DNA from: Alphaproteobacteria bacterium
Lineage (GTDB): Bacteria > Pseudomonadota > Alphaproteobacteria > Bin95
Length of the DNA: 64,000 nt
Reading direction: 5' to 3'
Assembly (NCBI GenBank): GCA_965205265.1
Contig: CBDBGH010000003.1
Coordinates: 3,808,001-3,872,000 of the forward strand
The translations under genes and the position numbers were made by a program. Shown here one piece after another: positions 57,363 to 64,000 of the stretch; positions within the stretch are counted from its first letter, which is position 1, and every line of letters begins with the position of its first letter. The notes beneath the pieces were generated by a model, which did not search any database, had not been told where the DNA came from, and saw only the letters and a program-made list of their open reading frames with translations.

Positions 57363-60131
57363 ATGACCGAAAAGCCCGACACGACAGCCGAGCAAACCCC
57401 CTTCACCCTGGACGGCCGCGAGGTGCTTGCGCTGCCGGGCGAAACCATCTGGCAGGCGGCGGCGCGCCTCGGCACGGTGCTGCCGCATCTCTGCTACGCG
57501 CCGGAGCCCGGCTACCGCGCCGACGGCAATTGCCGCGCCTGCATGGTCGAGATCGAGGGCGAGCGGGCGCTGGCCCCGTCCTGCTTGCGGGCCCCCGAGC
57601 CGGGCATGGTCGTGAACAGCGCGGGCGAGCGGCCGGAACGCGCCCGGCGCATGGTGCTGGAACTGCTGCTGGCGGACCAGCCACCGGAGGCCCACGACCC
57701 CGCTTCGCGCTTCGGCCGCTGGATTGCCGATGCCGGGCTCGAAGCCGGGCGGCTGCCGGCGCGCGAGGCGCCGCCGGAGGATGCGAGTCACCCGGCCATG
57801 GCGGTCAATCTCGACGCCTGCATCCATTGCAATCTCTGCGTGCGCGCCTGCCGGGAAGTGCAGGTCAACGACGTCATCGGCATGGCCGGGCGCGGTGCGG
57901 AAACGCGGATCGTCTTCGATTTCGACGACCCGATGGGCGGCTCGACCTGCGTGGCCTGCGGCGAGTGCGTGCAGGCCTGCCCGACGGGTGCGCTGATGCC
58001 GAAAACGGCGCTCGGCGCGCCGCCGCCGGACCGCCGGGTGGACAGCGTCTGCCCTTATTGCGGCGTCGGCTGCCAGATCACCTACTCGATAAGCGGCGAC
58101 CGGCTGGTTTCGGTCGAGGGCCGCGACGGCCCGGCCAATGAGCAGAGGCTCTGCGTCAAGGGCCGGTTCGGCTTCGACTACATTTCCCACCCGGAGCGGC
58201 TGACGCGCCCGCTGATCCGCCGCGACGGCGCGGCCAAGGGCATGAATGTGGATCCGGCGCGGCCGCTGACCCATTTCCGCGAGGCGAGCTGGGAGGAGGC
58301 GCTGGACAGGGCCGCCGCGGGCCTTGCAGCCGCGAAAGAAGCGCATGGACGCCGCGCGCTCGCCGGTTTCGGTTCCGCCAAGGGCTCGAACGAGGAGGCC
58401 TATCTCTTCCAGAAGCTGGTCCGCACGGGCTTCGGCTCCAACAATGTGGACCATTGCACGCGCCTTTGCCACGCCTCCTCGGTGGCGGCCTTGCTCGAAG
58501 GCATCGGCTCCGGGGCCGTCACCGCCACCTTCAACGAGGCCCGCAACGCCGATGCGCTGATCGTGATCGGCGCCAATCCGACCGAGAACCACCCCGTCGC
58601 CGCCACCTATTTCAAGCAGGCGGCGAAACGCGGCGCGGCGCTGATCGTCATGGATCCGCGCGGCCAGGCGTTGAAGCGCCATGCGACCCACATGCTGCAA
58701 TTCCGGCCCGGGCGCGATGTGGCGATGCTGAACGCGATCATGCACACCATCGTCGCCGAGGAGCTTTACGACCGGCAGTATGTCGCCGCGCACACCGCCG
58801 ATTTCGAGGCGTTGAAGGACCATCTCGCCGCCTTCCCGCCGGAACGGATGGCCCCGCTTTGCGGCATCGACGCCGGAATGCTGAAGGAGGTCGCGCGCGT
58901 CTATGCGCGGGCCGGCCGCGCGATGATCTTCTGGGGCATGGGCGTCTCGCAGCATGTCCACGGCACGGACAATGCCCGCTGCCTGATCGCGCTGGCGCTG
59001 ATGTGCGGCCATGTCGGCCGGCCCGGGACCGGGCTGCACCCGCTGCGCGGGCAGAATAACGTGCAGGGCGCCTCCGATGCGGGCCTTATCCCGATGATGT
59101 ATCCGGACTATCGGCGCGTCGCCGAGCCCGAGGCGCAGGCCCGCTTCGAGGCGGCATGGGGCGCGGAACTCGACCCGGAGCCCGGCCTGACCGTGGTCGA
59201 GATCGTCGATGCGATCCACAAGGGCGGCGTGCGGGCGATGTACATCATGGGCGAGAACCCGGCGATGTCGGACCCCGACGCGACCCATGCCCGCGAGGCG
59301 CTCGCAAAACTCGACCATCTTGTGGTCCAGGACCTGTTCCTGACCGAGACGGCGATGTTCGCCGATGTCGTGCTGCCGGCCTCGGCATGGCCTGAGAAGG
59401 ACGGCACCGTGACCAACACCAACCGCCAGGTGCAACGCGGGCGCAAGGCGTTCGAGGCGCCGGGCGAAGCGCGCGAGGACTGGCGGATCATCCAGGACAT
59501 CGCCCGGCGCATGGGGCTCGACTGGAACTACGGCCATCCGCGCGACGTCTATGCCGAAATGGCGGGGCTGATGCCGTCGCTGGACCATATCGACTGGGAG
59601 CGCCTGGAGGCCGAGAGCGCCGTCACCTATCCGTCCGACGGGCCGGACCACCCGGGCCATGCGGTGGTGTTCGCGGACCGCTTCCCGACCGGCGACGGCC
59701 GGGGGCGCTTCGTGCCCGCCGACATCCTGCCTCCCGCCGAGGAGCCCGATGCGGAGTTCCCGATGGTGCTGACGACGGGCAGGCAATTGGAGCACTGGCA
59801 TACCGGCGCCATGACGCGGCGCGCGAGCATGCTGGACGCCATCGAGCCCGAGGCCACCGCGAGCCTCGCGCCGGCGGACCTGCGCGCGCTCGGCCTTGCG
59901 CCGGGCGACCGGGTGCGCGTCGAGACCCGGCGGGGCGCCATCGAGCTCACCGCGCGCATGGACGGCGCGGTGCCGGCGGGCCTTGTCTTTGCGCCGTTCG
60001 CCTATGTCGAGGCGGCAGCGAACGAGCTCACCAACCCGCAATTGGACCCCTGGGGCAAGATCCCGGAGTTCAAGTTCTGCGCCGCCCGGATTGTGCCGGC
60101 CGGGGAAGGGACCGCGGCAGAGCGCCCGTGA
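57363..60131 (+). CDS. fdhF: formate dehydrogenase alpha subunit (FdhF/FdsA type)
   Basis: N-terminal Fe-S motifs, CPYCGVGC, catalytic RLCHA, LRGQNNVQG and PEFK. Confidence 0.92.
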   Translation: MTEKPDTTAEQTPFTLDGREVLALPGETIWQAAARLGTVLPHLCYAPEPGYRADGNCRACMVEIEGERALAPSCLRAPEPGMVVNSAGERPERARRMVLELLLADQPPEAHDPASRFGRWIADAGLEAGRLPAREAPPEDASHPAMAVNLDACIHCNLCVRACREVQVNDVIGMAGRGAETRIVFDFDDPMGGSTCVACGECVQACPTGALMPKTALGAPPPDRRVDSVCPYCGVGCQITYSISGDRLVSVEGRDGPANEQRLCVKGRFGFDYISHPERLTRPLIRRDGAAKGMNVDPARPLTHFREASWEEALDRAAAGLAAAKEAHGRRALAGFGSAKGSNEEAYLFQKLVRTGFGSNNVDHCTRLCHASSVAALLEGIGSGAVTATFNEARNADALIVIGANPTENHPVAATYFKQAAKRGAALIVMDPRGQALKRHATHMLQFRPGRDVAMLNAIMHTIVAEELYDRQYVAAHTADFEALKDHLAAFPPERMAPLCGIDAGMLKEVARVYARAGRAMIFWGMGVSQHVHGTDNARCLIALALMCGHVGRPGTGLHPLRGQNNVQGASDAGLIPMMYPDYRRVAEPEAQARFEAAWGAELDPEPGLTVVEIVDAIHKGGVRAMYIMGENPAMSDPDATHAREALAKLDHLVVQDLFLTETAMFADVVLPASAWPEKDGTVTNTNRQVQRGRKAFEAPGEAREDWRIIQDIARRMGLDWNYGHPRDVYAEMAGLMPSLDHIDWERLEAESAVTYPSDGPDHPGHAVVFADRFPTGDGRGRFVPADILPPAEEPDAEFPMVLTTGRQLEHWHTGAMTRRASMLDAIEPEATASLAPADLRALGLAPGDRVRVETRRGAIELTARMDGAVPAGLVFAPFAYVEAAANELTNPQLDPWGKIPEFKFCAARIVPAGEGTAAERP

Positions 60132-61252
60132 AACGGGCCGGACCCGTTCTTGTCGGCGGCCTGCTGCTGGCCGCAACGTCGATTCCGGGTCCGGCGGCAG
60201 GCCAGCGCGTCGTTTCGGTCAATCTGCCATTGCCGGCGGCCCATCCGGTCGCAGCCTCGGGCTGGCGCCGTTTTGCCGAGGCGGCCGAGCGGGGCCGGCA
60301 ATTCGCATTCCAGCTGTTCGTGGACGGCTCGCTCCTGGGCCGGAAGCATGTGGTAGTCGGCCTCGCGCATGGCGACGCGCAGATGGGCTATGCGACGCTC
60401 ACCGCCCACCCGGCCGGCCTGCCGCACAGGGTGACCCTCGGCCGCCTGGCGCTCGCCGGCCCCGACCCCATGGCCGGCGCCGCCGCCATGACCGAGTTCG
60501 TCATGCTGCATTGCCCGGCATGCCTGAAGTCCCTGGCGGCGCGCGGGATCGTCTTTCTCGGCAGCCATGCGGCCGGCCCTTTCCACCTGCTTTCCCCCAT
60601 GCCGCTGGCGCGCGCGGACACGTTGAAGGGCGCGCGCATCGCCAGCCCCGGACCGCCCTGGAACGACCTGCTGAAGCGTCTCGACGGCCAGCCGGAAGAG
60701 GTTGACGGAAGCCTGGCAGCGGCCATGAGAAAGGGGGAAATCGACGCTGTGCTCGGCCCGGTCGCGCTGCTTGCCGAGCCCGCCCTTGCGCGCCGGGTGC
60801 GGGCGGTCACGGCCATGCATCTGGGCGTCCACCGCGTCGCAAGTCCGTTTACCGCGAATCTGGGCTTCTGGCGGACGCTGACGCGGGATGAGCGGGCCGT
60901 GCTGCTGGAGGCCGCGCCGCCCGGCCTCGCCGCCGCCGCGATCGCCTACCGGGCCGCCGACGAAAAGGCCCGCGTCGCGATGCGGGAAGCCGGCATCGCC
61001 TTCAGCCGCGCCCATCCGGCGCTGGTGCACAAGGCTGTCGGGTTCGACGCCGGGCCGGAAACGGTGGAACTGCGCTCCGAAGCCGAAGGGCCGGGCGCGC
61101 TCGCGGCCGTCTTCCGCCGGCTGCACGACAAATACCGCAGCCTGTTCGCAGAGGCCGGGCCGTCGGCCGGGCCGGTCGCCGGAATCCTGAGCCGGGAAAT
61201 CTTCGGGCGGCTCGACCCCGCAACCTACGGCCTGGGGCCGGAAACGCCGTGA
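60128..61252 (+). CDS. TRAP-type (DctP-like) solute-binding protein, divergent
   Basis: Signal peptide, DGSLLG, LKGARI and FWRTLT.DER motifs. Confidence 0.65.
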   Translation: MKRAGPVLVGGLLLAATSIPGPAAGQRVVSVNLPLPAAHPVAASGWRRFAEAAERGRQFAFQLFVDGSLLGRKHVVVGLAHGDAQMGYATLTAHPAGLPHRVTLGRLALAGPDPMAGAAAMTEFVMLHCPACLKSLAARGIVFLGSHAAGPFHLLSPMPLARADTLKGARIASPGPPWNDLLKRLDGQPEEVDGSLAAAMRKGEIDAVLGPVALLAEPALARRVRAVTAMHLGVHRVASPFTANLGFWRTLTRDERAVLLEAAPPGLAAAAIAYRAADEKARVAMREAGIAFSRAHPALVHKAVGFDAGPETVELRSEAEGPGALAAVFRRLHDKYRSLFAEAGPSAGPVAGILSREIFGRLDPATYGLGPETP

Positions 61253-61824
61253 GGCTCGGTATCGTCTCGGACCTGCACTGCAATATCGCAGGCCTCGAAA
61301 AGGCCGTCGCCCTCATGGGCCCGGTGGACGACCTGCTCTGCCTCGGCGATTCCATCTACGAATACCGCTTCTCCAACGAGGTCGCCGCGTTCCTGCGCGA
61401 CCGGGGCGCGAAGACGATTCTCGGCAATCACGAGGAAGTGTTCTTCGGCGCCGGCGGCGTGCGTGCCCGGCAGGCGGAATGGATCGACCCGGGCCTCATG
61501 GCGTGGCTCGGCAGCCAGCCGCGCACAAGGCGGCTCGACTATGGCGGCAAGACGCTGCTGATGGTCCATTCGACCGCCTGGGAGCCTTACGGCGCCTATG
61601 TCTATCCGCACAGCCGGGAGTTCCGCCGTTTCGGCGAGGCGGATGCGCGCTTCGTGCTCTACGGCCACACCCACATGCAGGTGGCCGCGCGCGTGGGCGA
61701 GGTGCTGGTCGTCAATCCGGGCTCGGCCGGGGATGCCCGCGACCACGCCAACGGCCGGCGCCTCAGCTTCGCCGTGCTCGATACCGAGACCGAAACCGCG
61801 GCGTTCACAGACTTCATCGTCTAG
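61249..61824 (+). CDS. metallophosphoesterase (YfcE-like)
   Basis: SDLH, LGD, GNHE, GHTH and NPGS motifs. Confidence 0.9.
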   Translation: MRLGIVSDLHCNIAGLEKAVALMGPVDDLLCLGDSIYEYRFSNEVAAFLRDRGAKTILGNHEEVFFGAGGVRARQAEWIDPGLMAWLGSQPRTRRLDYGGKTLLMVHSTAWEPYGAYVYPHSREFRRFGEADARFVLYGHTHMQVAARVGEVLVVNPGSAGDARDHANGRRLSFAVLDTETETAAFTDFIV

Positions 61825-61964
61825 CCCGCCTTGCTTGACAGCGCGGAACCGCAGGGGACAAGGTCCCGCCTACATCGCGGTTGCGCGCCTGCCGCCGCTC
61901 GCCCCTCTCTTCGCCGGTTTCGATGCGGCGGCGTCTTGCGGGAGGAATCCGGGCTGGGTCACCG

Positions 61965-63401
61965 ATGACATCGACGATCTCGCTGCCGGTCTGGTTGTTC
62001 GCCGTCATCGTTGCGCTCGCGGTGCTGGCGGTTGTGGACGACGTGTTCATGCCCGGCCTGCGCTGGTATCTGCGCCGCCGGGTCAACCGCGCCATCGCCG
62101 AGGTGAACGCCCGCTTCGGGCTGGAGCTGCCGACCTTCCAGCTGACCACCCGCCGGGTGCTGATCGACCGGCTCGTCTTCGACCCCGAGGTCATGAAGAC
62201 CGTGGGCGCGGTCGCCGCCGAGCGCGGCGAGGAGCGCGAGAGCCTGATGGCGGAGGTCTCCTCGATCGCCCGCGAGATGGTGCCGGCCTTCAACGCCTAT
62301 TTCTATTTCAAGCCGGGCTTCCACTGCGCCCGCCGGCTGCTGCGCGGCTTCTACAGGGTCCGGCTGGGTTTTGCGCATGAGCGCGCCGCGGCGCGGGCGC
62401 CGCCGGACACCGCCGTCGTCTTCTTCATCAACCACCGCAGCAATGTCGATTACCTGCTGGTGACCTATCTCGCGGCGCGCTCCGTCGCGCTGTCCTACGG
62501 CGCCGGCGAATGGGCGCGCGTCTGGCCGATCCGCAGCCTGCTCAGGCTTGCCGGCGTCTATATCCTGCGCCGCGATTCGGGCGATCCGCTCTACCGCAAG
62601 GTGCTGGAGCGCTATGTGCAGATGGCCACCGAAGCCTGCGTGCCCCACGCCATCTTCGCCGAGGGGAGGCTCTCCCGCGACGGCATGATCCGCCAGCCGA
62701 GGCTCGGCATGCTGGGCTACATCACCAAGAATTTCGACCCGGCCGGCGCCTATGACATCGAGTTCATTCCCGTCGCGACCAATTTCGACCGCGTGATGGA
62801 GGAGCGCACGCTCGTCGCCGATCCCGACGCCGATTTCAGGGGCCGCGGCGGCCGGTTCGTGTTCGGCTCGACGGCCCGCTTCCTCGCCCGCATGGCCTGG
62901 CGGAAACTCCAGGGCCGGTTTGCCGGTTTCGGGGTCGCCTGCGCCAATTTCGGCGAGCCGGTCTCGCTGAGGGAGTGGGCGGGCGAACGGGGGCTGAACT
63001 TCTCCGAGCTCGACCGGGAATCGCTGTTCGCCGCGGTCGAGGAGCTGGGCGAGGAGCTCACGCGCCGCATCGTCGATGTCGTGCCGGTGCTCGCCGTGCC
63101 GCTGGTCTCGACGGTGCTGGTCGAGGCCGACGGGCCGCTGGATGGCGAAGCGATAAAACGCCGCGCCCTCGAATGGCTCGATGAAGCCCGGGCGCTCGGT
63201 GCCCATATCGCGCTCAGGGACGGCGGCGAGGCCGCCGACATCGAAAGGGCGGTGCAGGCCTTGCGCAAGCGGCGGCTGATAGCGGAACGGGAGGGCGGCT
63301 TCGCGCCGGAGGACCGCCAGCGCCCGCTGCTCGCCTACTACGCCGCCTCGATCCAGCAGCTTCGCACGCATCTCGAGCAGAAACGGGCCCGCCCTGAATA
63401 G
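61965..63401 (+). CDS. glycerol-3-phosphate acyltransferase-like (PlsB/PlsC family)
   Basis: NHRSNVD and FAEGRLSRDG motifs; N-terminal TM. Confidence 0.85.
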   Translation: MTSTISLPVWLFAVIVALAVLAVVDDVFMPGLRWYLRRRVNRAIAEVNARFGLELPTFQLTTRRVLIDRLVFDPEVMKTVGAVAAERGEERESLMAEVSSIAREMVPAFNAYFYFKPGFHCARRLLRGFYRVRLGFAHERAAARAPPDTAVVFFINHRSNVDYLLVTYLAARSVALSYGAGEWARVWPIRSLLRLAGVYILRRDSGDPLYRKVLERYVQMATEACVPHAIFAEGRLSRDGMIRQPRLGMLGYITKNFDPAGAYDIEFIPVATNFDRVMEERTLVADPDADFRGRGGRFVFGSTARFLARMAWRKLQGRFAGFGVACANFGEPVSLREWAGERGLNFSELDRESLFAAVEELGEELTRRIVDVVPVLAVPLVSTVLVEADGPLDGEAIKRRALEWLDEARALGAHIALRDGGEAADIERAVQALRKRRLIAEREGGFAPEDRQRPLLAYYAASIQQLRTHLEQKRARPE

Positions 63402-63435
63402 CCCTGCACATCGCGGCCTTCCGGTGCCGGAACTG

Positions 63436-64000
63436 ATGATCGCCTGCCTCCGCTCGCCGCTGGGCGGGCTGGTCGCGCGGCCCTGGTTCGACCGTGCGGC
63501 GCTTGCGCTGCTGTCCGGCTGGTTCTTCCCGCTTTCGCGGCTCTGGGCGGCGGCGCGGACGGCGGAAGGCTCGGTCGAGCGCTACCGCGCCGAGCTTCCC
63601 GCCCCGCTCTCCCCGCGCCTGGAGCGCGCGCTGGTTGGCCGGCTCGTACGGTTCGAGCGGGCGCGGGCGCGGGCGCGGGCGAGCGACCGCGCCTGGAAGG
63701 ACGCCTTTTTCGGCCCCGCCGCCCCGGCCCCGGAGGCGCTGACGGCGGCGGAGCGGAGGCGGCTCGCCGACCGCCACGCCTACAATGCGCTGCGCCGGCT
63801 CTTCGCGCCCTTCGCCGCACAGGGCAGGGGCGCGCCCTTCCGCTGGCGCATTCCGGCCCCCGCGGAGGTGGAGGCGCTCTATGGCGGCGTGCTGGACGAG
63901 CCTGCGCGCGCCTTCGCCGTCCCGGACCCCATGCCGCCCGTCCGGGTCTCGCACCCCTTCCCGGCCGCGCCCGGCAGGCGCGACTACTGGCTGCGCTTCC
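63436..64000 (+). CDS. hypothetical protein, runs off the window end
   Basis: Frame read from ATG 63436 (MIACLRSPLGGLVARPWFD...FFPLSRLWAAA...). It appears to stay open to the window end. Confidence 0.55.
   Translation, partial: MIACLRSPLGGLVARPWFDRAALALLSGWFFPLSRLWAAARTAEGSVERYRAELPAPLSPRLERALVGRLVRFERARARARASDRAWKDAFFGPAAPAPEALTAAERRRLADRHAYNALRRLFAPFAAQGRGAPFRWRIPAPAEVEALYGGVLDEPARAFAVPDPMPPVRVSHPFPAAPGRRDYWLRF

Overview
A GC-rich bacterial chromosomal window. It is most likely an alphaproteobacterium of the Rhodospirillales type, inferred from gene content and from the promoter and operator motifs. Most of it is dispersed metabolism: LLM monooxygenases, SDRs, acyl-CoA ligase, CoA transferase, Rieske oxygenase, dihydropyrimidinase, cobA/cobB/cobW, betA, fdhF and ibpA. 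The main feature is a compact ~10 kb podovirus (T7/LUZ24-like) virion gene cassette at 9757-20026. It encodes portal, scaffold, capsid, tail tubes A/B, large terminase and two holin-like genes, but I found no integrase, replication genes or att sites. It has host-like composition, two exact alphaproteobacterial LexA boxes (GTTC-N7-GTTC) over or beside ribosome-binding sites, an intrinsic terminator inside the operon, and a divergent self-cleaving S24 repressor. Together these suggest a domesticated, SOS-wired, podovirus-derived gene transfer agent (GTA)-like system. Other features: a DarTG module whose toxin is interrupted by a large-serine-recombinase element; an IS1634 with a 111-bp target duplication, one copy of which is split by an IS21; a MITE and an IS630 stacked at a CTAG shared by two stop codons; a stand-alone GcrA C-terminal mini-protein; three dispersed small membrane-anchored coiled-coil proteins; an AAA/DUF4276 pair; and several toxin-antitoxin genes. 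All family calls come from motif recognition, not database searches.
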